The notes under the pieces were generated by a model. It saw only the letters and a program-made list of their open reading frames with translations, was not told the DNA's origin and searched no databases. Made by a program: the position numbers and the translations under genes. From Mobula hypostoma (taxonomy: Eukaryota), in NCBI RefSeq assembly GCF_963921235.1, contig NC_086097.1, positions 40,488,001 through 40,552,000 on the forward strand: a stretch of 64,000 nt of DNA, written 5' to 3'. Numbering within the stretch: position 1 is the first letter of the stretch; each line of letters opens with the position of its first letter. Below, in pieces: positions 36,172 to 50,536 of the stretch.

Positions 36172-36859
36172 ACTGTATGTAAATTGTTAGTAACATCTGG
36201 AAGTGTTTGAAGAAAGGCAATAAAACAACATGGAGTATGGTGTGTGTATGTTTTTAGAACTTTGGAACAGTGATAAATCTGAGCAGTGTATCCCCGTCTG
36301 TGTAGGTGAGGCAACATGGTATGCAGCATGTTAGGTACATTGTAGAAGGAAGGCACATTATTTGGCAGAGATGATGTATAGAACAATCCCTCACTTAATC
36401 ACAGGTTATCACAGACCTTCTCGTTTGTTCTTTCCCCTTGTTAAGGCTTTCTGGAGGTTAGGACATACAGTGAACATTGACTTCAGGGACCAAACTTCAG
36501 ATCTGAATATGCATTGAAGATTAAATTTAAAATGCAGTTCAGAACAGTAAAATGTAGACCAGAAAATAGGTATTTAACAGATTGTCTACATATGCATGAA
36601 ATCTTTCATCCCAATTCATGGATCCCTCCCTCCCTCTCCCCCCTCCCTCTCTCCCCTCCCCTGAAGGTCGTCAGCTCATTTGTGATATTTTGTGAAATAA
36701 AGAGAATGCTTAATGCTTAACCAGCACTTCTCTCCGGTGACTTCATTCACACAACAACACCCCCTTCTCTCACTTTCTATGCCTCTGAACTTCCTGAAAA
36801 TTAGTTTCATGTTTGACTTCATCTCGGTGTGATGAAAATCCATCACTTACTCTCTGACA

Positions 36860-37130
36860 TGTTGCATTTATGTCCTGAGCCCAGGACAGATCAACCCAAC
36901 ATGGTAACACCCAGGAATCTGAAGCTGTTTACTTTCACTACCCCTGACCCACCGGTGAGAACTGGCACATGACCTCCCACCCTCCCCTTTCCGAAGGAGG
37001 ATTTGCTCTTTGGTTTTGCTGACTTTTGGCGTGAGGCTGTCTCTGCAGCGCTATTCAATCAAACGTTCTCTCTCATTGCTGTATGTTGACTCAGCACCAA
37101 CTGTGATTCAGCCCAGCAACCGTGGTGTCA
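36860..37130 (-). mobile_element. Rex1/Babar RT fragment
   Basis: CACCCAGGAATCTGAAGCTG (SFRFLG on minus). Confidence 0.55.
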
Positions 37131-39054
37131 AGCTACAAAACTGCAGCAGCTTTGAAGAGACGAATGTTGTTCATTGCTCCGATAGGCGTGGGTTTGTAAA
37201 TTGTCTTCAGACTTCACTCAGCTACAAAGTTTGTCTGTCACTTTTGGCAGTGCTGATGTTTTTAACAATGCATTACTCTGTGGATTGAGATTCAGTTTAG
37301 ATCCATACAATATATCATGCATATTTCTGCTTTATCAAAGGGCTGATTAAAATAATGAAGCAATCCATTGTATATAGAAGTCCCAAACAAGAAATAGATG
37401 TTGTCAATATAGCCTTTGGTTATTAAGCCCTCCTATTCTGCAACAAGGTGCTTCTATATTTCTCAATGGTACTACTGTAGTTTGTTGTTAGATGGTGTGC
37501 TTATATTGGAAAATTCCACAAAACATCAATTATACATGGATATATCTTTCTCACAAAGGAATTTACTAATATTTTCACAAATCTTAACAAATGCTTGTTT
37601 CTTTTGCAATTTTAAAAACCTTTCACGGCTTATGTTACTGTTTTCTCTCCTGGCAGCTATGCTCAACAGGAGCCAAACACAAAACGGTGAACCATATTTG
37701 TGTAATTGCAGGATCAAGGTTCTGAGCACAGGCTGAATTGAATATTATATGATTAATGGTGTGCAGCAATATTAATACCACTTCAACCAACACCTCATTG
37801 ACAGTAAAATGAAGTGAGGCTTGCAAAAGCAACCCTTTGTTACGGGACTTCCAGCACTTTTGCATCGCTTCACAATTTCAATATAAAGAGATATTTTAAT
37901 GGATATCCAGTTGTGTAATAAATATTCTTTGCATTAAGAGCAATTAATACCAGAAAATGTAAGGCCCATAGTTTACTGACAAACTAAACAAGACCAGGTG
38001 TTAATGCTATGCAGATGGCATATAATGATCAGGTGAAGCACTGTTAAATTGTGTAATCCAGAAGTTGCCATATGGGGATTCCACTCTGTATTTGACTTTG
38101 TGATAACTGACTATTAAGATACAATATATGCTTTCCTGACTTGGCAAGAATGGTTTTTAAATATGACAAAGAGGTTGATTTAAACATTGTTTTCTAAATA
38201 TCCTGTTCAGATTGCTGAGTGGTTCATGAACCCCATGAGTACCACATCACTACTCCTATTTTATACTTTTTTGTTATTCATAGTAATTTTTATATCTTAT
38301 AGTGCACTGCTGCCACAAAACAACAAGCTACATGACAGGTGTCAGTGATAATCAACCTGATTTTGAACGCTACCGGATGTTAATCATTGTGTCAATCTCT
38401 CTGGCAGTAAAAATTAGTTATAACAGATGTGGAATCTAAATTCAACAAATTTTGGTGTTTCTTGGAGATTTAAAAAAACAATTCGGCTTCATTTTGTGCT
38501 CTGTCTCTTATTTTCTTCCTTTATTTTTCTTTTTTTTCTATATAATTTCACCCTCGTACATTTATTCAAGTTAGATACAAAGTCTTTCACATTGATTGGT
38601 GAGAGAGATGCAGGTAGATTGGCCTGTTCATTGAAATGCCACATGACCAGCTATCTACTAGAACTTCCAGAATTTATCCATGTAAAGTTTTTTAAAACAT
38701 GGATACGTACGAGAAGGCCATACTAATAACCAACATAGGTAGTTGCCTGTTAGATCATTATTTGCCCATTATATTTGTTTGGTGTCGTTTGTGAATCATG
38801 GAAGAAATGATCATAGACAAAGATATAAAAACCTTCATCTGCCATAGGAACAAAAGGAAGGGAAGCAGGAATAAGCCATTTAATCCCTTGCATCTGATCA
38901 ACAAGTCTCAGCAGATCACTGATTATAAAACCACTTTTCCATATTAATCCTGATTTCTTTGATTCCTTCAATCCTGATTTCTTTGATTCCTTCAAGTATT
39001 CACAAATATATTGATCTTAATTTGAAATTTGCTGAGTGGTGAGCCTCAATAGCT

Positions 39055-39173
39055 AGGCCCAAATTGTTGACATTTTACTCTTTTCCATAGATGCTGCCTT
39101 GCCTGCTGAGTTTCTCCAGCATTTTGTGTGTATTACCTGGATTTCCAGCACCTGCAGATTTTCTCTTGTTTGT
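39055..39173 (+). mobile_element. Penelope terminus-only fragment inside old CR1 remnant
   Basis: Matches 27630-27748. Confidence 0.75.
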
Positions 39174-39311
39174 AAGTATTCCACCTATGTGTAAAGGTAT
39201 TCATTCTCAATTTAGTCTCTAAGACAGTAGCCGCGAAATATAAATTATCTTGTTGCAACCATTCTAATGCAAGTGTATCTTTCTTTAGGACACGGATCAG
39301 ACAAACTCAAC

Positions 39312-40155
39312 GATTTAATGGTTCCACTTAAAGCGAATGTATACAGCATACAACCTTACTCTTCGTAGACATCCATGAAACAGATTAAAACCCCAAGAAA
39401 TGAGTAACAGAAAAACATTAGCATCCCAAAGCCCCCCTCCCCCTCCCATGCACAAGCGACAGCAAAGTATCAACCCTCCCCCCCCAACTTGTTCCAGCAG
39501 GGAAACATCAGCAGCTACCACCCACCAAGTAAGCAATAGCAAGCCCCTAAAGAGAGACTACGATCTGCGGTTCAACGAAAACCACTGTTCACCCAACAAT
39601 TCAACATGCAACAGGCTCTGTCTCCATTACTAAAAATGGACAGAGAGGTGTCAGCCCTTCCACAATGAGAGGGAGCCACGTGACTGTTAATGACGTTACA
39701 GTCTTCGGCATCAATTTTTATTCTGAGATTCCCCTACTCAAGAATTGGCAGCAAACACTCCACACCATCGAGAGGGAGAGAGAGAGGGAGAGAGAGAGAG
39801 ATATTGATATTGCTCAAGTGCAGAGGCCACGGTCTCAATGTTCTGTTCTCCCGCGACACCTTAGCTGGCGACACCGGTGAGGAATTGAGTCCACAGGAAC
39901 ACAGGGTCACAGAGCCATACCTTGAAGGTGCTTGTCTTTCCAGAACACTCCTGGTGATATCAAAAGCGGCCAGTCAGCAAGCTTCAAAAGCAGAAAACCA
40001 CAGTCTTGAACAACCGCAGTTTGAGTACAGCTGTAGATCACGGACTCAGACAGAACCCCAGCCACTTTGACAAGGTAAAGGTAGACCTGAAAGAAAGGAA
40101 TTTAAGCTGTTTTGCAGATGAGCTTGAGGAAATTGCCCTCTGGTGCCATGTTAGC
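39312..40155 (-). mobile_element. Non-autonomous non-LTR element, related to 62807-64000
   Basis: Shared AATGGTTC..TCTTC..GACATCCA..AAACAGA..TGCACAAGC..GCAAA..ATCAAC order; (GA)n inside. Confidence 0.65.
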
Positions 40156-40189
40156 TCCACTGCTTCATATTTATTCACATTTTACCTCT

Positions 40190-41260
40190 TTCATGTCCTC
40201 CTCCATTTGTTTACCTATCTTATATATCACCTTGAACTTTTGTGCATCATGCTCCCACCTAACATTGACTCCATCCATTGTGTCATTAGCAAACGTGAAT
40301 ATTTTGCACTAGATCTCCTCATCCAAATAATGAACCCCCGGCTCCAATCCCTGTAGTACACTGTTATTCACATCATTCCACCAGAAATGAGCCACTTATT
40401 TCTGTTCTCTATTTTATGTTTTATTTATAACCCTGAATCCACCCAGTTTTACCCCCAGTACCATGTGCTTTCAGCTTCTTTAATAATGTCCTGGGTGATG
40501 CCTTACTGGAGGTCTCTTGTGTTGTGTATACCACATCCACCAATGTTCTCTTATCTACTCAGCTAGTTAAAACTTCAAAAAATTTTTACAGATTTGCAAA
40601 ATGTGATTCCCATTTCACACATCCATATTTACTCTGCCCAATCCAATTTCTATTTTGTAAGAGCCCTGTTATCACTTTCTTGATAGTAGATTCTTGCATT
40701 TTGCTGATGTCAGAGTAACCAGTTTGTATTTTCCCCATTTCCTCTCTCTACCCTTATTCAGGATCATGCTCGCTTCCAATCCAATGGGAATTGTCCTGGA
40801 GTGTACGGAGTTTTGGAAGGACATCCATTGCATCCATTATCTTGAAAGATTTCACTTTCAAACCTTGGGAAGCAAGTTAACAGGTCTGCTGGATTGATAG
40901 GCTACACTTCCTATTAACTTCTCTGAAGGTGGACCCTAAATGTTTGTTCAGCTTCACTGCCATTTCCTCATTTCGCCAATATATTGTTCCATCTCATTCT
41001 CTCAGGCACTCACATTAAGTTTTATGATTTCTTTTTACTTTCTTCATATTTTAGACACTTTTATAATTGGTTTTATTTTAATGTTTTGCAGCCTATTGTA
41101 CTTCATGAGAAAAAAATTTCCCTATATTCTACTTCTATGTTTAACCATGTGTTAGCTATAACTAGAGTACTTTGCCTGTTGGAATTTTTGTGCCTGAAAG
41201 ACATATTTATTTAATGTAAACCATATTTAGTTTTTAATTATTAATTATTACTGCCTACTG
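40190..41260 (-). mobile_element. Old CR1 RT remnant
   Basis: Reverse-complement YxLVTLTS and DVVY..AFxK-like motifs. Confidence 0.55.
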
Positions 41261-41269
41261 CCATATCAT

Positions 41270-41640
41270 CCAGTATATTCAAAGACCTCATCCATCTCAG
41301 ACATTCTCTCCTCTTGCCCCTTGTGTCAAGCAAAAGATAGAAAAGGCATAACATACAGGCTCCCGGACTACTTCTATCCCACTGTTATAAGACTGTTGAA
41401 CTATTCTCTAGAATGATAAGATGGACTCTTTGCCTCACAATCTACCTTGTTATGACTTTGTACCTTATTGTCCATCTGCACTGCAGTTTCTCTGTAAATA
41501 TAACACTTCATTCTGAATTCTATTACTGTTTTCCCCTGTACTGTGTGATGACTTGATCAGTGTAAATGCACGCAAGTCAAGTTTTTCACTGTATTTCAGT
41601 GCATGTGACAATAATAAACCATGTTACCAATTACCAATTT
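41270..41640 (+). mobile_element. Rex1/Babar-type 3' end
   Basis: ATGTGACAATAATAAACC..TTACCAA tail; inverse copy at 43750-44050. Confidence 0.6.
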
Positions 41641-42989
41641 TTTTTGCACCACCTTTTCTTGTGCATTGAGATAAGGAATCCTTAATTTGTCTTGTTAATC
41701 CAACTCTAATTGGATGCATGCTTTCACATCTTCAAGTTCTGTTATTTCCTGGTATCCTCTGAATTATACTACCCATTTAACCACCCCACTTTACATCGCT
41801 CTTCTTCTTTAATTTAGATTTCTCAATTTCACCTCCAAAATCTAGAAAATTAATTAAGCTTAAACAAAATAATGCAAGCTTAAACCAACACTTTTATGCA
41901 CTTCTCTATAGAATCAGAGACTCCATGAAAATTGAATAAAGTTAGCATCCACCCATCATTCTCCCAGTGTAAAGCAGTTGGGCCTCGATGCAAGGTCTAT
42001 CATACCCCTCCTCTCAGCATATTTGTGCCTGGATGCTGAGCACCAGTCCTGAATATCTTTTTACCAATCATAAATAAAATGTCCTATACTATTAGACTGT
42101 ATGGTGAAAGACATACTCCTTTATAGTATGGTAGTGTAATTATTTATCCAGCTCTTATCAGAGAAGGAGGCTGATTACTTTGCTTTCTTGGGATCAATCA
42201 AACAGCAGTTCACTCTACTGGATAAGTTGCTTTTGGAGCTGTTTCAGTGGAGACCTGCATAGTCCAGGAATCAACTGCTTGCAATATTAAAACATGCAAT
42301 TGTGCAACAAAATGGATTTATTTCTTTTTTTTAAAAGGAGAGAAAGGTGATTCAGTTTTAAAATTGAGAAGAAATAATTTATGACAAATAATATCTGTCC
42401 TTGACCTTTGGGGCATGACTACAGATACAGTATGCAATTACTTACTTTAAATACTTGTGCTTTTCTTCCACTACCTATAGAAATGATTTGTAGGTGGGGT
42501 TCCAAAGAAAATTATCTCTGCTATCATGGAATCTGAAAATCTAACAGGGAAGGGTTCCTACTAATTGTTGGTTATTCTGAAATGCACTTATATTGTTAAT
42601 ATGCAAAAGACTGTGCATGTTACTAAACACATTTTTAGAAAGTAAGTGTAAAATATAGTAGAGATGATCATTCACAGAAAACCCTCTGTTCTCTGCTGTA
42701 AAAGGATGAATGAGCTGTCTTCATCCTCAGTAGTATCAATCAATTATATTCCAGAAATACTTCCCAAAGGAAATATTCCATGAAATTGAAATTAATAAAT
42801 TCCAATGTTACAAAAGCTATTTGTTTGCCAACCATAAGTTATTAACAATCTTTATACTAACTTTAGCAAGGGATTTAATAGAAATGGTGCGATATACTAT
42901 AAACATTATTATGAGAAACAATACCGAAACAGTTTACCCGAAGTTGGTTAATACAGTGTTCATTAGAAAAGCTTACAAAGTGCAAATAT

Positions 42990-43665
42990 GGAAGATAAAT
43001 TAGTTGTACTTCGACTTTACAATGGACCTCACTATGACAATGAAGTATGCCAAAGTTGGGCAGGATGGAATGGAAATGTGATTGAGGATTAAAGTGGCAT
43101 GCAGTCGGACGCTCAGGATCACACCATGGAGAGAGTACAAGTGCTCCACGAAGCAACTATCCATCAGTGTTTCAGTTCGCCAATGCATTATGAACTCTGA
43201 ATATACTAGACTAAATTGGGAGAAGTTCAAATGAATTACGCTTCATCTGCAAGTCTGTTGGGGTCACCTATTGTATCTCATGCTCCCAGTGCATCATCCT
43301 TTACATCAGTGAGACCTCGTGCAGATTGGGGGGAACCGATTTGTTGAGTGCCATTGCTCTATCCATAGCATGAGAAAAGATTCCCGGTGGTCACCATTTC
43401 AATTCAACTTCCCATTTCCATTCTGATGTTTGTCCATGGCTTCCTCTATCGTCATGATGAGGCCAAACTCAGGTAGGAGGAGCAACACCTCATATTCGGC
43501 CTGTGTAGCCACCAAACTAATGGCATAAACAGTGATTTACCTAACTTTCAGTAGTTTCTGATACCACCCTCCCCCCCAACCTCCTCACTCCTTCCCCTCC
43601 CTCAGCTTCTTATTCTGGTTCCTTTCCCCTTAATTTCCAGTTTTGATGAAGGGTCTCTGCCTGTG
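42990..43665. mobile_element. Inverted Penelope GIY-YIG fragments
   Basis: Minus 42990-43260 (PTACHFN), plus 43265-43665 (EEQHLIF, TGATGAAGGGTCT). Confidence 0.7.
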
Positions 43666-44059
43666 GCTAGTCATCTTTTGAGATGGATCAGAGATTCGGA
43701 AAGGGAAGGGAAGTACCAGGGAGATGGGCCACACAAATAATGCAAATGGAATTGGAATTGTTTTTTTATTGTCACATGTACTGATGTACAGTGAAAATCT
43801 TGTCTTACATTACTATCCATACAGATCAGATCATTATGCAGTGCTTTATGATGATAGAAGGTAAAACAGTAACAATGTACAATAAAGTGCATGTAGACTA
43901 TAAGATGCAAGATCATAACAAAGTAGCTTGTGGAGTCAAGAGTCAAGATCTTATCATACAAGAGAACCACTCAATAGTCTTATACCAGTGGAAAAGAAGC
44001 TTTCCTTGAGCCTAGTCATACGTGCATCCAGGCTTTTGTATCTCTGTCCACAACTCTCT

Positions 44060-45005
44060 GCAGTTGCTGTGGTCAGGATAGAAATTTGCACCAAATCCGA
44101 TGACATCTTCAACTTTTGTATGGTCACAGATTGTAGCACCAATGCAGTGATCAATGTATCAGAGAAAGAAGTGGAAGAGTGGTTGTGAATAAGCCTGTAA
44201 CAAGGGCTGTTCAATGTATCAAACAACAGGTCCATGGACGTTTCCACAGCTACACGTGTAATCTGCAGAGAGCCAGTTGAATCAAAGTGAAGTTGTTGAG
44301 TGTAAGGACAAAATTCTCCAATCAATGGAGTGTATTGGTGGAGGGGAACTAATTGGCTCTGTTTGGAAAAGTAATGGAAGGCCCTCAAACCTTACCAACT
44401 TTGTTGGAAGTGTAAAAAGACTGAATCTCCCTGGAGAAAGTAAACTGAGTGGAACCTGGAAAAGGGAAATTGTCAAAGTGGCAGAGCGCATCGGAAGTGT
44501 TGCAGGTGCAAGTGGGCAGAAATTGAACCAGAAAGGAAAATATCAAGTGAAAATAGGAAGAAATGCTTCCAGTAGGGCAAGAGCAGACTGAAACAATAGG
44601 TCTATTGGGACAGTCCTGTTTGTGGATCAAGCATAGAGATATAAGTGGCAGTGTGGGGTTGGAGGCTGTGGATGGAAGATCTGATGAAATGAGATAGATG
44701 ACTGTCAAGGACACAATGGTCTGATGTTGTTTGATGGGATCATGGTTCTGAGGGAGGTCTAAGGATGTGTCTGAGAGTTGGCATTTGCCCTACACAGGGT
44801 CAAGGTCATTTTTACAGATTACGGTAGCAATTTTTTGTGTGTGGTTTGGTAGCAAAGTCCGGATTGATTTGCAGTGAGTAGAATGAGGTAACTTAGAGTG
44901 AGTGAAATCAGTGGAGAAATTGAAGCAAGAATTCATGAAAAAAAGATCAAGGAAGGGTAAGTGGCCAGAGTAGGAACTTGCAGTAGATAGATTGGAAAAA
45001 AACTG
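44060..45005 (-). mobile_element. Penelope RT N-terminal remnant
   Basis: ORF 44385..44714 IHKQDCPNRPIVSVCSCPT. Confidence 0.75.
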
Positions 45006-45009
45006 GAAA

Positions 45010-47441
45010 TGGTAGGAATTACCATCTCGGGTGACTTCAACCATGTTACCATGGCTAGAATACTGCCCGACTTCACGCAGTATGTGAGCTGTACAACCAG
45101 AGGGGAGAGGACTCTGGATTTGATGTATGTTAACTTTAAGGATGCATACAGCTCCTCTCCCCTCCCCCATTGGGAAGGTCAGATCACGACCTGGTGCATC
45201 TCAAACCCTGCTATGTGCCTCTGGTGAAGAGTAAACCTGCAACCTCGGGGACAGTGAGGAAATGGTCAGAGGAGACTTATGAGGCGCTCCAGGGTTGTTT
45301 TGAGGTGACAGACTGGCAGGCACTCTGTGAGCCACATGGGGAGGATATAGATGGGCTCACAGAGTGCATCACTGATTACATCAGCTTCTGTGTGGACTGC
45401 AATGTTCCGGCAAGAACTGCCCTTTGTTATTCAAATAACAAGCCATGGGTAACAAAGGACATTAAGGACATCCTGAACGCTAAAAAGAGGGTGTTTAGAG
45501 ATGGAAATAGGGAGGAGCTGAGGGCAATACAGAGGGACCAGAAAGCCAGGATCAGGGAGGCTAAAGACAGGTATAGGAGGAAGCTTGAGTGGAAACTCCA
45601 GCAGAACATGAGAGAGGTGTGGAGGGGGATGAGGAGCATCACTGGGTTCTGGCAAACTAGCAACAGAGGAGCTGAATGCAGAGTGGACAAGGCCAACGAA
45701 CTTAACCTGTTCTTTAACAGATTTGACATTGGGACCCCTGCCCATCCCCTACATAATTCATCTGTTGTCGGCTCCCCAACCAACACATATTCCACTCTCC
45801 ACTCCTACCCCTCCTCACAGTCCCCCACCCTGCTCTCATGACTATACCCCTCCCCCACATAAAACGAACATGGTGGGCTTCATAGCTGAACAGGTGAGAA
45901 GACAGTTGAAACGTCTCAACCCAAGCAAGGTTGCAGGCCTAAATGGTGTCAGCACCAGGGTGCTCAAAGCCTGTGCCCCTCAGCTATGTGGAGTACTTCA
46001 CCATGTCTTCAACCTGAGCCTGAGTCTCCAGAGGGTTCCTGTGCTGTGGAAGACATCCTGCCTCGTCCCTGTGCCGAAGACACCGCACCCCAGCGGCCTC
46101 GATGACTACGGACCAGTGGCATTGACCTCCCACATCATGAAGACCCTGGAGAGACTTGTTCTGGAGCTTCTCCGGCCTATGGTCAGGCCACACTTAGATC
46201 CCCTCTAGTTCCCCTACCAGCCCCGACTAGGAGTTGAGGATGCCATCGTCCACCTGCTGAACCGTGTCTACGCCCACCTGGACAAGCCAGCGAGCACTGT
46301 GAGGGTCATGTTTTTTGACTTCTTCAGTGCGTTCAACACCATCTGCCCTGGTCTGCTGGGGGAGAAGCTGACAGCGATGCAGGTGGATGCTTTCCTGGTG
46401 TCACGGATTATTGATTACCTGACTGGCAGACCACAGTACGTGTGCTTGCAACACTGTGCATAGGACAGAGTGATCAGCAGCACTGGGACTCCACAAGGGA
46501 CTGTCTTGTCTCCCTTTCTCTTCACCATTTACACCTCGTACTTTAACTACTGCACAGAGTCTTGTCATCTTCAGAAGTTTTCTGATGACTCTGCCATAGT
46601 TGGATGCATCAGCAAGGGAGATGAGGCTGAGTACAGGGCTATGGTAGGAAACTTTGTCACATGGTGTGAGCAGAATTATCTGCAGCTTAATGTGAAAAAG
46701 ACTAAGGAGCTGGTGGTGGACCTGAGGAGGGCTAAGGCACTGGTGTCCCCTGTTTCTATCCAGGGGGTCAGTGTGGACATGGTGGAGGATTACAAATACC
46801 TGGGGATACGAATTAACAATAAACTGGACTGGTCAAAGAACACTGAGGCTGTCTACAAGAAGAGTCAGAGCCGTCTCTGTTTCCTGAGGAAACTGAGGTC
46901 CTTTAACATCTGTTGGATGATGCCGAGGATGTTCTACAAGTCTGTGGTGGCCAGTGCTATTATGTTTGCTGTTGTGTGCTGGGGCAGCAGACTGAGGGTA
47001 GCAGACACCAACAGAATCAACAAACTCATTCGTAAGGCCAGTGATGTTGTGGGGATGGAACTGGATTCTCTGACGGTGGTGTCTGAGAAGAGGATGCTGT
47101 CCAAGTTGCATGCCATCTTGGACAATGTCTCCCATCCACTACATAATGTACTGGTTGGGCACAGGAGTACATTCAGCCAGAGACTCATTCCACCGAGATG
47201 CAACACTGAGCGTCATAGGAAGTCATTCCTGCCTCTGGCCATCAAACTTTACAACTCTTCCCTTGGAGGGTCAGACACCCTGAGCCAATAGGCTGGTCCT
47301 GGACTTATTTCCTGGCATAATTTACATATTATTTAATTATTTATGGCTTTATATTGCTATATCTATGCCCTATTCTTGATTGGTGCAACTGTAACGAAAC
47401 CCAATTTCCCTCGGGATCAATAAAGTATGACTATGACTATG
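45010..47441 (+). mobile_element. Rex1/Babar LINE: partial APE endonuclease + RT, few disruptions
   Basis: ISGDFNH, TRGERTLDL, GRSDHDLV, PVALTSHIMK, GTPQGTVLSP, KFSDD; AATAAAG + (TATGAC)n tail. Confidence 0.93.
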
Positions 47442-48059
47442 CACGGTGTAAGATGAGGATTCCTAGAGAGACTAATGGGCACAGAGGTAGCAGAAGAAGA
47501 GCTTGACATGTCGTTGGTCCTGGAATTCACTGAGGTGTAGTGATAGCATGCAAAGTTAAGGGCTGGTGGCTCCGAATCAGAACAGGGGAGATCAGTGGTG
47601 ATAGTGAAAATATGCCACGGCTGAAGTTAAGGAGAAATATGGGATTAGAGGAAAATGAGGGATGACAGACTTTATGAGGTATCTTGGAAGATAAGATCTG
47701 GGTAAGTTTCTGTCTTCTAAATCTGAAATAAATGAAAAAGGTGCTTTTTACACTAACAGATGCAGCAAAGAATGAAGAGAAGCTGTGGACAAGACATTTT
47801 TGAGACAAAGGAAATCTATTCAATGTGATTTTCACTCATGCTTCTTATCATATGGTCTGTCTAAACCTATCTCCACCTGGTGTTTTGTCTTGCATCTCCC
47901 CAGAGCCCTGCTTTGAAAACCATACACCTTCCACTCTTCCATCAGTTCAGACAAGGGGTTACTGACTGAAAACATTAGCTGTTTTCTTTCCATTGATACT
48001 ACCGGTCTGCCTGAGGTTTTCCAGCATTTTTCCTGTTCGGACCTGATAATCTAATGGAA

Positions 48060-50445
48060 GTTGAATGGATCTCAAGAGAGTGCGTTTGTTGAATGCCTAG
48101 GAGATGGCTTTTTAGAACGGTTTGTCATTGAGTCTACTAGGGGGTCAGCTGTACTGGATTGGGTGTTTTGTAATGAACCAGAGGTGATTAGGGAGCTCAA
48201 GGTAAAAGGACACTTTGGAACCAGTGATCACAATGTGATTGAGCTCAACTTGAGATATGATAGGGAGGAAGTAAACTCTGACTTAGCAGTATTTCAGTGG
48301 AGTAAGGGAAAATACAGTGGTATGAGAGAGGAGTTGGCCAAAGTAAATTGGAAGGAGCTGTTGGCAGGGATGTTAGCAGAGCAACAATGGTGTTAGTCCT
48401 GGGAAAAGTGAGTAAGGTGCAGGACATGTATATTCTGAAAATGAAATAATCAAATGGCAAAATAGTACAACCATGGCTGACAAAGGAAGTCAAAGCTAAT
48501 GTAAAAACAAAAGAGAGGGCATACAACAAAGCAAAAATTAGTGGGAAGACAGAGGATTGGGATGTTTTTAAAAACCTACAGAGAACAAGTAAAAAATCAT
48601 TGGAAGGGAGAAAATGAAATATGAAAGCAAGCTAACAAATAATATCAAAGTGGATAGTAAAAGCTTTTTCAAGTATGTAAAGAATAAAAGAGAGATGAAA
48701 ATGGATATATGACCGCTAGAAAATGAGGCAGGGGGACAAGAAGATGGCAGATGAACTGAATATGTATCTTGCATCAGTCTTCACTGTGGAAGAACCTAGC
48801 AGTACGCCTGATGTTGTAGTGTGTGAAGGAAGAGAAGTGGGTGCAGTTACTGATACAAGGAAGAAGGTGCTCAAAAAGCTGAAAGTCACCAAACCAAATG
48901 AACTGCACCCTAGGGTTCTGAAAGAGGTAGCGTTAGAGATTGTGGCATCGTTAGCAATGATCTTTCAATGATCATTGGACTCTGGCATGGTGCCAGAGGA
49001 TAGGAAAATTGCAAATGTTATTCCACTCTTTAAGAAAGGAGGAATTCAGCAGAAAGGAAATTATCGACCGGTTAGCCTGACGTCAGTGGTTGGGAAGATG
49101 TTGGAGTCAGTTGCTAAGGATGAGGTGATTGAGTACTTGGTGACAAATAACAAGATAGCACAAAGTCGGCATGGTTTCCTTAAGGGAAAATCCTGCCTGA
49201 CAAACCTGTTGGAATTCTTTGAGGATAATACAAGTAAGATAGATAAAGGGGATGCAGTGGATGTTGTATATCTGGACTTTCAGAAGGCCTTTAACAAGAT
49301 GCCACACATGAGGCCGCTTACCAAGTTAAGAGTACTAATGGTTAGAGCATTGGCTGATTGCAAGAAGACAGCAAGTGGGAATAAAAGGATTCTTGTCCGG
49401 TTGGCTGCCAGTGACTAGTGGTGTTTCACAGGGGTGGTGTTGGGACCACTTCTTTTTATGCTATATATAAATGATTTAGTTGATGAAATAGATGGCTTTA
49501 TTGCCAAATTTGTAGATGATATGGAGATTGGAGGAGGGGCAGGTAGTATTGAGGAAACAGGTAGGATGCAGAAGGACTTAGATAGATTAGGAGAATGGGC
49601 AAGAAATTGGCAAATTAATTATAATGTTCGAAAATGCATGGTCATGCACTTTGGTGGTAGAAATAAATGTGTGAACTATTTTCGAAATGGGGAGAAAATC
49701 CAAAAATCTGAGATGCTAAGGGACTTGGGAGTTCTTGTGCAGAACACCCTAAAGGTTAACTTCCAGGCTGAGTTAGTTGTGAGGAAGGCAAATGCAATGT
49801 TAGCATTCACTTCAAGAGGTCTAGAATACAAGAGCAGGGATGTGATGCTGAGGTTTTCTAAGGCACTGGTGAGGCTTCACCTTGAGTATTGTGCACAGTT
49901 TTGGGCCCCTCATCTTAGAAGTAATGTGCTGGCATTGGAGAGGGTCCAGAGTAGGTTCACAAGGATGAATCCAGGTATGAAAGGGTTATCATACGAGGAA
50001 CGTTTGATGGCTCTGGATCTGTACTCACTGGAATTTAGAAGGATGAGAGGGGATCTCATTGAAACCTTTCGAATGTTGAAAGGCCTAGACAGAGTAGATG
50101 TGGAAAGGATGTTTCCCATGGTAGGAGAGTCTGGGACAAGAGGGCACTGCTTCAGGATAGAGAGGACTCCATTCAAAACAAAGATGCAGAGGAATTTCCT
50201 TAGCCAGAGGGTGGTGAATTTGTGGACGTTGTTGCCACGTGCAGCTGTGGAGGCCAGGTCGTTGGGTGTATTTAAGTTGAGATTGATAAGTTCTTGAATG
50301 GACATGGCATCAAAGGTTACGGGGAGAAGGCTGGGAAAAATGGGGTTGAGGAGGGGAAAAAAGGGGATCAGCCATGACTAAATGATGGAGTAGACTCGAT
50401 GGGCCAAATGTCCTAATTCTGCTCCTATGTCTCATTGTCTTCTTG
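48060..50445 (+). mobile_element. CR1 LINE ORF2 (endonuclease end + RT), decayed
   Basis: TRGSAVLDWV, GTSDHNVI, NYRPVSLTS, YLDFQKAF, KFVDD; 287-aa ORF 49434..50297. Confidence 0.95.
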
Positions 50446-50536
50446 TCATGTTTATAGTCTCCACTCATATATGTGAACATCCAGTGTTATTAATATTCAC
50501 AATAGAATGGCTTTCTGCTGATTAAAGCAGAATTAA

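Noticed and set aside
37526..37735. Possible further exon (minus 67-aa ORF, or a 30-nt plus mini-exon after TTTTCTCTCCTGGCAG)
   Set aside because: Ambiguous splice sites and frame, no recognisable product
38947..38994. 24-bp tandem duplication
   Set aside because: Simple slippage within an old CR1 remnant
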